From the IMG/VR virus record IMGVR_UViG_3300032257_000009, positions 7,728 through 71,727 of that record: 64,000 nucleotides of DNA; one strand, 5' to 3'. The notes beneath the pieces were generated by a model that was given only the letters and a program-made list of their open reading frames with translations, ran no database searches and had not been told where the DNA came from. How positions within the stretch are numbered: position 1 is the first letter of the stretch; every line of letters begins with the position of its first letter. The stretch comes from a virus. Shown here piece after piece: positions 31,287-41,036 of the stretch. The position numbers were made by a program, and so were the translations under genes.

Positions 31287-31693
31287 AAACCTACTTAGTA
31301 GAATATGAGAACAAAAAAGTTAGAGGCAAGAAAAAGATGCTGAAAAAACTTTATTGGTATGATCATGAATACAAAGTTATGTATACTGTTTACGGAGACC
31401 AGCTTCGTATGAGATGGCATAAGGAGTGGAAAAAATCAATACCAGACGTTGAATGGGATAAGGAAGAAAAGAAGTGGGTAATGAAAGAACCTGTATACGA
31501 GGTTTCATTCAATTTAGCAAATAATAAAAAAGAGATAGAGAATTGGGTAAAGAATGTGGCTTCTAGATTGGGAGTCGAGTTGAATAGGGAAGAAACAGAT
31601 AGCAAGGGTATAGCTATTGATGTCCCGTCTCATATTTCAAGCCAGATTGAATACTTGTTAGATAGGAATCTTTTCAGGCATAGGGAACTATAG
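31262..31693 (+). CDS. Hypothetical protein
   Basis: 143 aa; start uncertain. Confidence 0.55.
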   Translation: MVSENQKLKTYLVEYENKKVRGKKKMLKKLYWYDHEYKVMYTVYGDQLRMRWHKEWKKSIPDVEWDKEEKKWVMKEPVYEVSFNLANNKKEIENWVKNVASRLGVELNREETDSKGIAIDVPSHISSQIEYLLDRNLFRHREL

Positions 31694-31697
31694 GCAT

Positions 31698-31916
31698 ATG
31701 AAAATAATAAAATCAGAATCTTATAAAGAAAGAATTGATGGCGGTCTTGCAAAAGGAAAAACTCCAAAAGACTTTGATAAAATACAGTTAGAAAAAGGCA
31801 TATCAATTGAGATGGAGCATACAACCGACAGAAAGATAGCTAGAGAGATAGCTATGGATCATTTAACTGAAGACTGCAATTATTATAAAAAGTTAGAAAA
31901 AATAGAAAATAAATAA
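31698..31916 (+). CDS. DUF5661-like small protein
   Basis: GISIEMEHT...AREIAMDHL.E..NYYKKL. Confidence 0.7.
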   Translation: MKIIKSESYKERIDGGLAKGKTPKDFDKIQLEKGISIEMEHTTDRKIAREIAMDHLTEDCNYYKKLEKIENK

Positions 31917-32836
31917 TGACAACATATTTTCCAAAACTAAGAATAACAATAGCTGATACTCCTTCGAAGCAAGCAAGAGGTCTTATGTTTGTTAATAAGC
32001 TTCCAGAAGACAAGGGAATGTTATTTGTTTTCGCTCATCAGCGTATTCTAAGTTTTTGGGGAGAGAATACTTTGATTCCACTTGATATAGCTTTTGCTGA
32101 TATTGATGGCAATATTAGGGAGATGGGCAGTATTTCTGCTTTTTCACGGAAAGCTGTTAGAAGTTCAGTTCCTTGTGTATATGCCGTTGAAGCAAATGTT
32201 GGTTATTTTTCGGAAAACAAAATAGGTATAGGCGATAAAATTGAAATCGAAGAAGATGCAGACGGACATTATTTATCGTTTGCAAAAAAAAGAAGGAATG
32301 TATCTGCTGGAAAAGGAAGAAAAATAACAACCATTACCGCTCAGCTTGTCCCAGATATGGACAATACAGGCGATTTTGGGGTAGATGATGCACAGTCTAG
32401 ATATGATTCGTTGCCAAAGCTCAGCCCAGGAGATATTGGGTCAGCTCTTGAAGACAATCAAGAAGACTTCACGCAAGATGTCCAACAGCCTTCAGAAGAG
32501 GACAGAGGACAACTTCCTGTTGGATTGCCAATGGAAGAAGAACCAATAGAGGAAGCTCCTCAGTTTGACAACGCATTTGATGCGACTGAATGGGCTAAAC
32601 CTACAATGGAAAACGGCTTCGAAGGAAGCCCTATGAGAATAGATTATACGACGAAGAGCGGAAATAATATCATAAGAGACGTGGAACCTCATGGAATGTT
32701 TCATTCAGAGTCCACTGGAAATCAGGTTATGGTAACTTATGATAAGACGATAGGTGATATAAGGGCATTTATTGTAGGAAATATAAATTCATTCTCTTTT
32801 CTAGATGAAAAGTTTGAACCAAAGTTTAGGATATAA
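31916..32836 (+). CDS. DUF192 + WYL-like fusion protein
   Basis: N-terminal IADT...RGLMF...GMLFVF..FW..NT.IPLDIAF; C-terminal IDYTTKSG..IRDVEPH...YD...DIRAF. Confidence 0.75.
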   Translation: MTTYFPKLRITIADTPSKQARGLMFVNKLPEDKGMLFVFAHQRILSFWGENTLIPLDIAFADIDGNIREMGSISAFSRKAVRSSVPCVYAVEANVGYFSENKIGIGDKIEIEEDADGHYLSFAKKRRNVSAGKGRKITTITAQLVPDMDNTGDFGVDDAQSRYDSLPKLSPGDIGSALEDNQEDFTQDVQQPSEEDRGQLPVGLPMEEEPIEEAPQFDNAFDATEWAKPTMENGFEGSPMRIDYTTKSGNNIIRDVEPHGMFHSESTGNQVMVTYDKTIGDIRAFIVGNINSFSFLDEKFEPKFRI

Positions 32837-32837
32837 A

Positions 32838-34157
32838 ATGGAACAGTCTGTAACAGATCTTATTAAAATAGCTCAGAACCTAGATGAATCAGGTTTTGAA
32901 GATCTATCTATTCGTTTAGATTCTATCGCTGATAGCCTCTCTGATATAAAGGTTGCTCAATACGTTGGCGCTCAAGGATACTGGATTAGAAACACTAGAT
33001 GTTGGACTAATTGTTATAGGCAAAAGAGAGCTTCTTTCCCAGGCAAGGCAGCTCAAGAAGTTTGGGGAGAATGCCATTCAGAATATTTGGCCTCAATAAA
33101 TAACGACGGTAGCAAATGGGACAAGTACGCTGAAACAGAAGAAGGCATCGTAAAAATTGCTTCTCAGAAATCTATTATAGACGAAAAATTAGCAAAACTA
33201 ATAAGCGAAAAAGTAGAAAAGGGAGCGTCTACAGGACAGTCCGTTTTTGAATCCCTCAATGAATTGCAAGATTCATATGACTCAGAAGATATAAAGATAG
33301 CTACTCGACTGTTTGATTTTTCAGCAGAATTGTTTGACAAGAATCCCCAAGAAGCAATAAAGGTAGCTCATATCGCAGAAGGCTTTGTTAAGGAATCTCA
33401 ATTATGGAGAGGTCTTGGCGGGGCTTTGAAAAACATGGGGCAAGGAGCTGTTGAGAATGTTCAATACTTTAGCTACATCAAAGATATAGAATCTAGAGCT
33501 AAGAGAATGTCAGGAATGATAGAAGGCCTAAATCAATCTGTTTCTAATGCTCAGAACTACTTCAATACTACACAAGCTCAGAATCCAGCGACTATACAGA
33601 AATTTGAAGCCGCTAAGCAAGTCCTAAATCAGGTTTCTCAAGAAACAATGCAAGTTGATTCTGTTTTGAAAAATATAAACAGAAACGTAGTAAATGTCTT
33701 ACAAGGCGTTTCTCAGCAAAACACTTCTAATTTTATGGGTCAGGGACAGCAGTCAGCTCCTCAACAAGCAGCTCCTCAACAGGGTGGCGTTCCTTCTAAT
33801 ATATCTATGCCAGGGCAACCTGCTCAAGGGCAAATGTATCCTGCTCAGCAAAGCAATGTTCCTTCTAATATATCTATGCCGGGACAGCCTGCTCAAGGAC
33901 AAATGTATCCAAATACAGCTCCTAATGCGGGCAATGGCAATGTCTCAGTTCCAAACCAAAACTTTGGACCACAGACAACTTTTGGCCCAGGACAAAATAA
34001 GCCCAGACGTAGGGCGCAACTTCCTAATAATAGGGGAACTGGCTACATTTCTCCTGAATCAGGTTCAAATCGGGAAGTAAAAAAAGGTAAAATAGCGAAT
34101 AATGTCGCATATAACAGATCTAAGGCTTTTGGCACAACAATAGAGGAGTCCAAATAA
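32838..34157 (+). CDS. Head-associated protein with Q/P-rich C-terminus
   Basis: LIKIAQNLDESG, KVAQ, KIAS and KESQ motifs. Confidence 0.65.
   Translation: MEQSVTDLIKIAQNLDESGFEDLSIRLDSIADSLSDIKVAQYVGAQGYWIRNTRCWTNCYRQKRASFPGKAAQEVWGECHSEYLASINNDGSKWDKYAETEEGIVKIASQKSIIDEKLAKLISEKVEKGASTGQSVFESLNELQDSYDSEDIKIATRLFDFSAELFDKNPQEAIKVAHIAEGFVKESQLWRGLGGALKNMGQGAVENVQYFSYIKDIESRAKRMSGMIEGLNQSVSNAQNYFNTTQAQNPATIQKFEAAKQVLNQVSQETMQVDSVLKNINRNVVNVLQGVSQQNTSNFMGQGQQSAPQQAAPQQGGVPSNISMPGQPAQGQMYPAQQSNVPSNISMPGQPAQGQMYPNTAPNAGNGNVSVPNQNFGPQTTFGPGQNKPRRRAQLPNNRGTGYISPESGSNREVKKGKIANNVAYNRSKAFGTTIEESK
33789..33910 (+). repeat. Coding duplication VPSNISMPGQPAQGQMYP x2 (69-bp period)
   Basis: Near-identical 53-bp copies at 33789 and 33858. 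Confidence 0.85.
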
Positions 34158-34861
34158 TGCAATTTTTCAGTAACAAAATTCCAGTAGGAAATAAATCAAA
34201 TTTCGGTGATTTGATTCAGAAGATAGCTAACTCAAACGAGGCAACTATCAAAACAGCATCAGTAGAAGACCTAGTTGTCGCAGAGTGCGATGATGCGGAC
34301 GAAGACTGCGTAAGAACAGACAAGCATAGCGGAGAAGCATCTCCTAAAGATCAAAATGGTGAAGCGGAAGCCGATGGCGAAAGCAAAACTGTTGATCCTG
34401 ATGGCTTGAGCGCTGGTTCAGATAGCGACACAAAAGTTGCTAGCGAAGGAACAGCTACTCCAAGTGGAGCTGGCGACGGCGAAGACCTTGATGGGGTAAA
34501 TACAGGTCGTTTCCCAGACGATTTTGATCCTCAGCAAGAAGCAGAAGACGAAGGTACTGCCGACGTTGAAGCTTCTACTGAAACTCAGATCAAAGAAGCT
34601 GGAGAACTTCCACAGGCACTAAAAGATCATCAGTTCAAAGCTAAGGGCGATTCAGATGATTCTGATTCAGACTCTGACGACAAGGATTGCGATTCAGATG
34701 ATTCTGATTCCGATGATGACGGAGAATCTTGCGAAGCAAACTCAGGCTCTAAGCTTGAGAAAATAGCAAACCTTTCTCCAAAGGCAAAGAGCCGTTTGAA
34801 GGCTTATTGGAAGATGGTTTATCCTGAGGCTTACTCAGACGCTATGACTCAAGAGAAATAA
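34157..34861 (+). CDS. Highly acidic head-associated (scaffold-like) protein
   Basis: D/S-rich tract; KIAN, KTAS, KVAS, KEAG. Confidence 0.65.
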   Translation: MQFFSNKIPVGNKSNFGDLIQKIANSNEATIKTASVEDLVVAECDDADEDCVRTDKHSGEASPKDQNGEAEADGESKTVDPDGLSAGSDSDTKVASEGTATPSGAGDGEDLDGVNTGRFPDDFDPQQEAEDEGTADVEASTETQIKEAGELPQALKDHQFKAKGDSDDSDSDSDDKDCDSDDSDSDDDGESCEANSGSKLEKIANLSPKAKSRLKAYWKMVYPEAYSDAMTQEK

Positions 34862-34880
34862 TAAAAACACGGAGAAAAAA

Positions 34881-35597
34881 GTGGCTATTGTACCAAGTGG
34901 AAACCGTAAATTTATGAAATTGCAGCAGGCTGTCGATCCAGTTGCTGGTCTTGGAGCAACAGATGTTGACCAAGAAGTTGTTTATAACAATGAACAACAG
35001 GACCAAGGTCAAGGCTCAGCTTTTGACTTCGAGGGACTTCAGCAGCAGATGGACGGTCAACCTCAAGAGAGTTTGAATGAAAATCCTCTCAGTGGAGATC
35101 CTATGGATCAAGCTGCTGAGGAAGAAGAGCCTTTGACTGATTTGGAAGAGAGTCTTGAAAAAGCAGTCTTGAAAAATCTTGCAGAGCTTGGAGTTCCTGA
35201 GAAAATGTTTAGAACCAAAGACGGAATTGATCCGTTTTTTCAGTGGGATGAAGACTTAGATAACGGAACTAGTTCTGGTTTCTACCTCATTCCATCTTAC
35301 ACTGAATCTAGACAGGTTAGTCGCAATGATGCAAAAGACTTAGCTCAAAGGATTGGTGCAGAATATAATCTTTCTCAGAAGATAACAAAAGAAGGCCACA
35401 ATTTCAGAGTTAAATTTCAGACCAAAGCAGAAGAACCACAAAATGCTCAATATGGTACATCATTTGATAACCTATTGAAACCAGAAAAGGCTAGCGATAT
35501 GTCTCGTGCAGCCTCTAGTAGTAATTCAATTATCACAGCAAATTCAAGCAATCAAACGCTTGATAATCTTTTCAAGCAATTCAAGGGGAAAAACTAA
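34881..35597 (+). CDS. Hypothetical acidic protein
   Basis: GTG start with SD GGAG. Confidence 0.6.
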   Translation: MAIVPSGNRKFMKLQQAVDPVAGLGATDVDQEVVYNNEQQDQGQGSAFDFEGLQQQMDGQPQESLNENPLSGDPMDQAAEEEEPLTDLEESLEKAVLKNLAELGVPEKMFRTKDGIDPFFQWDEDLDNGTSSGFYLIPSYTESRQVSRNDAKDLAQRIGAEYNLSQKITKEGHNFRVKFQTKAEEPQNAQYGTSFDNLLKPEKASDMSRAASSSNSIITANSSNQTLDNLFKQFKGKN

Positions 35598-36370
35598 TGG
35601 CAAGAATTCAAAAGACATCACAAGAGCATAATCTTAGTATTTTTGATACTCTTGATCAGAAGCATATCTCTATTGAAGATAGGCAGCCAGAAATGAAGCA
35701 ACCTAGACAGAAGGAGTCAAGCTTTGATCACTCTGTCGGGGGAGCAACTGCTGCTCCTAAACTATCTCATAACTCTATTGATGAGATAGATATGGTAAGA
35801 GGAAAGAGCAGCGTAAGATCTGCTCGCTGTGGTAGTATTAGTAATGACCTGTCGTCTAATAACGCTATGGGAGTTGCTGGTAAGAATACTATTTGTAATC
35901 CAGATTTCTTAGATAAGCTAGCAGAAGCTGTTACTAATAAAGAAAGAACATTGGCAGAAAAGGACTCGATACAGAACCAGAGATCAACACGTCAATCTGA
36001 TTATAAAAATAGCGGAGCAGTAAAACTCGGAGAAGATGATGAAGCATATCTTGCAAGAAATGCATCCTCTATAGATTCATCTTCTAGAGAAGCTAATAAC
36101 AAGGGCTGGGTTCCTAATGGTACTATAAGTATTTTTGATAATGAAGACTTTGAAAGAGTTCAGCCTACTCTAGGCGAACAGATGACTAAGAAAGAAGCAT
36201 CAAAAGATGATTCTTGGAGAAGCTATTCAAAGAACGCAACGGTTAGAGATCAAGGGCTTAGCGCATTCGATAAGATGGCAGAGTCTCATGATAGCGAATA
36301 TAGAAATCACCACCAAGACTCAACTGATAAATTGTTTGAGATATTGAAGGCTTCCAAGAAAGTAGACTAA
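35597..36370 (+). CDS. Hypothetical protein (KTSQ leader)
   Basis: 257 aa; coupled start/stop. Confidence 0.6.
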   Translation: MARIQKTSQEHNLSIFDTLDQKHISIEDRQPEMKQPRQKESSFDHSVGGATAAPKLSHNSIDEIDMVRGKSSVRSARCGSISNDLSSNNAMGVAGKNTICNPDFLDKLAEAVTNKERTLAEKDSIQNQRSTRQSDYKNSGAVKLGEDDEAYLARNASSIDSSSREANNKGWVPNGTISIFDNEDFERVQPTLGEQMTKKEASKDDSWRSYSKNATVRDQGLSAFDKMAESHDSEYRNHHQDSTDKLFEILKASKKVD

Positions 36371-36374
36371 TAAA

Positions 36375-37589
36375 ATGGCGCTACCTCCAAATGCTGTAAA
36401 TATGCTTCATGACACCGAACAATCGGTAAGCGATTTAATATCAGGAAATCTAGGTGTTATGCCAGAAGGCTTAGATCCTGATCAGCAAGAAGAATTTCGA
36501 GCAAGACAATTGGCTGCTTTGCAAAATGCAGATCAAGCTGTTTCTCTTGTTACAGATACTCAGCAAGAAGTTGGTCAAGTCATGAATGATGCCGCAGCGC
36601 AATTGCCTGCAATGGCTAGTTCTTTGTTTAGTCTTGAAAGGTTTGCTCAAGAGCAATTTATGCAAGAGCCAATGATGCAAGAAGATCCAATGATGCAGGA
36701 TCCAATGGTGCAAGAAGAAGTCCAAGAGGACACGGTAATGGGATTTACCAATCATATAGATTTATTTCATTGGCTTGAAGAGCAGTTTACTCAAGGAGTA
36801 GACTCTTCTGATATAAGAAGCCAATTGATTACAATAGTGGGGGAGTCTGAGATTTTAGATCAAAATGGTTTCCCAATTGAGCCAGCAGAAGTCGTTGCTA
36901 GCGAATTAACAAATTACACAGAAGCTCTAAATTCTGACAAACTAGAAGAAAGAGCATCTATAGCAAAAAGGATTTTTGACGTTATGCCACAAAAAGATAC
37001 CTCAGAAAATGAAGTCTCAGTTGTTGAGAAAACAGTAGCAGAGACTAATGGAATCCTTCGTCGTTTGGCTTCCGAGCTTGCAAATAATCAGACCAAAGAG
37101 AGTTCTTCTGGTTTCAATCTAAGCAAAGTTGCTCAGCATAAGACAGTAGAGAATGTAATAATGCATGGTCCTGTCGGTAATAGGATAGACCCATTTACTG
37201 GATATCTTATAAACGATTGGCATGTCTATGAAAGAAATAAGGGATGGGGTCTTCGAGCAGGAGACGCTATCGGTATTGATTACGAAGCTTTATGGAGAGG
37301 CAACGTAATGGATAAATACAGCCGTCCTTACAGAAACAAAGATGGAGATTGGATAGGCGGATATATTCAAAAGAGATTTGAAGTAGATAAGTTTATTCCA
37401 GAATCTAATAACCTACAATTGAAGCCTGGACAAAAGAGAAAGCCTTATGTGGCAGAGTTTGCTTCGCAAGAAGCTAGACTACAAGATCTTCGTTCGAAGG
37501 AAGATTCTAGAGGTCGTGTTTTTAATGATACGAGCAAGCCTTTCAATTGGAAAGAAGCTCAGAGCTGTAAAAAAAAAGTGAACGGCTAA
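36375..37589 (+). CDS. Head-associated protein ending in a slippery A9 run
   Basis: FSLERFAQ, FNLSKVAQ, FNWKEAQ; ends ...AAAAAAAAAG. Confidence 0.7.
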   Translation: MALPPNAVNMLHDTEQSVSDLISGNLGVMPEGLDPDQQEEFRARQLAALQNADQAVSLVTDTQQEVGQVMNDAAAQLPAMASSLFSLERFAQEQFMQEPMMQEDPMMQDPMVQEEVQEDTVMGFTNHIDLFHWLEEQFTQGVDSSDIRSQLITIVGESEILDQNGFPIEPAEVVASELTNYTEALNSDKLEERASIAKRIFDVMPQKDTSENEVSVVEKTVAETNGILRRLASELANNQTKESSSGFNLSKVAQHKTVENVIMHGPVGNRIDPFTGYLINDWHVYERNKGWGLRAGDAIGIDYEALWRGNVMDKYSRPYRNKDGDWIGGYIQKRFEVDKFIPESNNLQLKPGQKRKPYVAEFASQEARLQDLRSKEDSRGRVFNDTSKPFNWKEAQSCKKKVNG

Positions 37590-38326
37590 CTAAAGAGGCT
37601 CTTTTCGGCCTTAAGCTAAGAAACAATACCCCAGAAGATATGCCCGCCGAGGTAGATCCTTCTGGGGTATCTTATGATATCAATATGATTGGAAAACATA
37701 AGACCGAAGAATATTCAGGCCCTCAACCAGGCGTTGATTTTTTCGAAGGAGATATGGTAGAGATACTTCATCGAGGAAGACCTACTGGCATGAAGGGTGT
37801 TATAAGAAGGTTTGAGGGAGTAAGAAGTGGAGTTCCATATGCAAGAGTTGCAATAGAAGGGGTTCAGGGCGGAGACGTGGTTGCCTTGAATTCTATGCAA
37901 AAGATAGCTCAATTTATGGGAGAAGGACCTGGTAGGCCAGAAGCTGACCCATTTGTTATGCCTGATATCGGAGAAACGCAAGGACATGCTCAAAAGAGAA
38001 ATAAACCTGCTCTTCAAAAGACTTGTCCGATTTGCACATCTACAAATTCTGCAAACGCACTGAACTGTGTAAATTGCGGAGCAGATTTGAAGAATCCGTA
38101 TACCGTACCAAGACAGCCTACTCAAAAAATGTCTCAAGTTGGAACATATATGGTGAATCCTCCTACTAATAGAGATGTAAAAAGTCCAACTCAGGAAAGC
38201 TTTGAAAGAAGAAAGAAAAGAGTTGACAACAAAAACAAATTGTCATCAGATGAATTTGTCGATATAAAGGGAGAGGATCATGACGAGCAGGTGGCTAATT
38301 CCGCTATATCGCTTGGCATTATCTAA
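37571..38326 (+). CDS. SH3/KOW-like + Zn-ribbon protein, probably a -1 frameshift extension of the upstream gene
   Basis: Frame is open from 37571; the ATG at 37640 lacks an SD; CPIC..CVNC. Confidence 0.6.
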   Translation, partial: KKSERLTKEALFGLKLRNNTPEDMPAEVDPSGVSYDINMIGKHKTEEYSGPQPGVDFFEGDMVEILHRGRPTGMKGVIRRFEGVRSGVPYARVAIEGVQGGDVVALNSMQKIAQFMGEGPGRPEADPFVMPDIGETQGHAQKRNKPALQKTCPICTSTNSANALNCVNCGADLKNPYTVPRQPTQKMSQVGTYMVNPPTNRDVKSPTQESFERRKKRVDNKNKLSSDEFVDIKGEDHDEQVANSAISLGII

Positions 38327-38340
38327 GGAGATGAAATAAT

Positions 38341-40593
38341 ATGGCGATTAATAAGAATAACAAGCCTATAAAAATGAATTTGCCAGATAAGAAGACTAAG
38401 AGGATAGCTGCTGCTGCAAAAACAGGACAGCAACAACCTCTTGAGAAAAATTCTATTCAGGGAAAAAGTTATACAGCAAGTGGTGTTGTTGCTGTCCCCT
38501 TCTCTAAGACTGCACAGCAGCTTGGCGGAGGATCTAATACTTTATTCACACAACCAATGTTCTTTTCACCATTGCATACTCCTCAAAACTGGCAGATAGC
38601 TAGTAAGAGGCAAGAAGTCTATCAATGGTCTAGGTTTTATTACGAAAATGAACCAAAGGTTGCAGCAGGCATTGATTTCTATTCGCAATTTCCTATAAAT
38701 GGTTTCAAATTGGAATGCAAGAGCAAGAAGATACAGAAGTATTTCGAGAGACTTGTTGATAAACTAGAATTGTTAAGAATGCTTCGACTTATATCTCATG
38801 AGAGATTTCTCTTGGGGGATGTTTTTGTATTCTTAGATATTGATTCTCCAGACTCAAGAGGAGAGACTGATGTTCCATCAGGAGAGCATACTCATGCTGA
38901 TGGTACTATTAGTAGAATTATTATTTTGAATCCTGATTGGATTGAGGTTTATAATACTCCTTTGGCTGATGAACCAGAGATAGTTTTGATGCCAGATGAT
39001 GAATTGAAGAAGATAGTTCAGATGAAACAGCCTAAATCTATATACGATAGGCTCCCAGATGAAATAAAAGAACAAGTATTGGCTGCAAGGCCTATTAGAT
39101 TATCAAATAGAGTTACAAGCCATATAAAGCATGGTGGAGCGCCATACGGTACATACGGAGAATCATTACTTCGTAGACTGTTTACAGTTCTTGCTTATAA
39201 AACAAAACTAATGACGGCAAACTGGATTGTTGCGGAAAGACTTGTTCTTCCTGTTCGAGTTGTAAAAGTTGGAGATAAAGATCGTCCAGCAGGCGAAGAT
39301 GATATAGCTGATGTGCAATCACAGTTAGGTGCGGTGGCTAATGACCCTAACCTAACCATCGTTACCCACCATGCCTTTGATTACGAATGGTATGGAGCTA
39401 CAGGTAAAATTCATAACATAACAAGTGAAATAGAAACAATTGGCAAAGAGCTTCTAGACGGCATGATGCTAAACCAAGCTCTTCTCAATGGAGAGATGGC
39501 AGCATATTCCTCAGCACAGGTTGGTGTGGAAATGCTTATTCGTCGTCTTGAATCTTGGAGAAATGAATTAGCAGAATGGGTTGAAAAGAATATATTCCTT
39601 ATTGTTTCAAAAATGCAAGGCTTCTTAGATGAAGATGCGTCAAAAGAAGCAGGAGAATCGGTATATATAACTCCAACTATAAAATGGGATGACCTAAGAC
39701 TTAGAGACCCTTCCAATAGAATACAGCAGGCTATACAGCTAAACCAAAACGGCATTATATCAAATCAGACTCTTTTAGAAATGTTTGACCTTGATTACGA
39801 TCAAGAAGTTCAACGAGTTCGAGAAGAACAGGTTATGGTAGACCCAATGGGCGGTCAAATGCCTGGCGGAATGCCTGGCGGCGACCCAATGGGCGGCGGC
39901 ATGGGTGGAGGAATGCCTGGTGGAGACCCAATGGGCGGAGACCCTATGGGTGGTGGAATGGGCGGCGGAATGCCTGGAGGCGACCCGATGGGTGGCGGAA
40001 TGGGTGGCGCTCCGGGCGGAATGGGTGGCGCTCCTGGCGGCGCTCCTATGGCAGCAGGAAATGCTCCTCCTCAAAGAATCACAAAGAGAGGTAAAGCTGG
40101 CCCGAAAGAAGAAGAAGTTGAGCCTGTAGTTTCAAAACAAGTTCAACTAACAAGACCAGAAGCCAAAACATTGAGAATATTGAACGAGATAGATACTCCA
40201 TATAGTCCTTATATTCAATATAAGGTTCAAGTTCCTGGCGGTCAACAACCTTATTCTTTAGATTTTGCTTTCCCTCAAATAGGATTAAACGTAGAGGCAG
40301 ACGGAGAAAAGTGGCACACAAGTCCAGAAGATGTTCGTTCTGATAAAGAGAGAGATACCAAGCTAGCTCAGCAAGGATGGACTGTTATAAGGATTAGCGA
40401 AACATCTTTGAATGAAAATGCAGATGGGGTAAAAGATCTTTTAGGTTCAGCAATCGTAGAGGCTGCTGAATTAAGAAGGAAAATGGATAAAAAATCATCA
40501 ATTGATTCAATAAGACTTGTACAGGCTTATGTAGAGGACAGATTGACTCCGCATGCGGTTAGTATTAGTAAACCAGGAATTCAAGAGGATTGA
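38341..40593 (+). CDS. Portal protein with Gly/Met/Pro linker and C-terminal DUF559/Vsr-like endonuclease domain
   Basis: Lies between terL and the protease; portal-like features (GDVF, LNPD, YGESLLR); C-terminal LDFA..VEADG..WH...D.ERD..L...GW.VIR. Confidence 0.8.
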   Translation: MAINKNNKPIKMNLPDKKTKRIAAAAKTGQQQPLEKNSIQGKSYTASGVVAVPFSKTAQQLGGGSNTLFTQPMFFSPLHTPQNWQIASKRQEVYQWSRFYYENEPKVAAGIDFYSQFPINGFKLECKSKKIQKYFERLVDKLELLRMLRLISHERFLLGDVFVFLDIDSPDSRGETDVPSGEHTHADGTISRIIILNPDWIEVYNTPLADEPEIVLMPDDELKKIVQMKQPKSIYDRLPDEIKEQVLAARPIRLSNRVTSHIKHGGAPYGTYGESLLRRLFTVLAYKTKLMTANWIVAERLVLPVRVVKVGDKDRPAGEDDIADVQSQLGAVANDPNLTIVTHHAFDYEWYGATGKIHNITSEIETIGKELLDGMMLNQALLNGEMAAYSSAQVGVEMLIRRLESWRNELAEWVEKNIFLIVSKMQGFLDEDASKEAGESVYITPTIKWDDLRLRDPSNRIQQAIQLNQNGIISNQTLLEMFDLDYDQEVQRVREEQVMVDPMGGQMPGGMPGGDPMGGGMGGGMPGGDPMGGDPMGGGMGGGMPGGDPMGGGMGGAPGGMGGAPGGAPMAAGNAPPQRITKRGKAGPKEEEVEPVVSKQVQLTRPEAKTLRILNEIDTPYSPYIQYKVQVPGGQQPYSLDFAFPQIGLNVEADGEKWHTSPEDVRSDKERDTKLAQQGWTVIRISETSLNENADGVKDLLGSAIVEAAELRRKMDKKSSIDSIRLVQAYVEDRLTPHAVSISKPGIQED
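39841..40050 (+). repeat. Low-complexity coding repeat (GGDPMGGGMGGGMP)n
   Basis: GC-rich tandem repeats within the portal ORF. Confidence 0.85.
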
Positions 40594-41036
40594 CAATGAT
40601 TGAGTTTGATCTTTCAAAAATAGCTAAGCATACAGGCGGTAGAACTCCTATCAAGGAGAGAGGTATACAGTGGAATGAACATTACCACGAAAAATCTCTC
40701 GGACTGAAAAAGAAGTTTGAAAAAGAATTAGGCCCAGGCGGATATTTTAGATGGGAAGGTCATGACAGCACGACTAACTCAGATTATTATGTTGTTGTTG
40801 GTCCAACCCTTCATAAGGGCATGGGTAAAGCTTTCTTTTCAGGAGTAAAAAGATTGCCACCAGAGGCAGAACGTAAGGGAAATAGCTATAGCCCTTATGG
40901 TGAATATTTCAAAACAATGAAAGCTGCTCTTGGATATGCAAATGAAAAATGGGGAATACCTACGCCAAGGGGAACTCCTAATTATACTCAAAATAACTTA
41001 CAAAATGTAGATATATCAAAACATGTTAAGGGGTAA
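40590..41036 (+). CDS. Hypothetical protein (FDLSKIA leader)
   Basis: 148 aa. Confidence 0.6.
   Translation: MTMIEFDLSKIAKHTGGRTPIKERGIQWNEHYHEKSLGLKKKFEKELGPGGYFRWEGHDSTTNSDYYVVVGPTLHKGMGKAFFSGVKRLPPEAERKGNSYSPYGEYFKTMKAALGYANEKWGIPTPRGTPNYTQNNLQNVDISKHVKG

Noticed and set aside
39841-40050. CRISPR-like or mobile repeat array
   Set aside because: These are in-frame degenerate Gly/Met/Pro codon repeats with no unique spacers.
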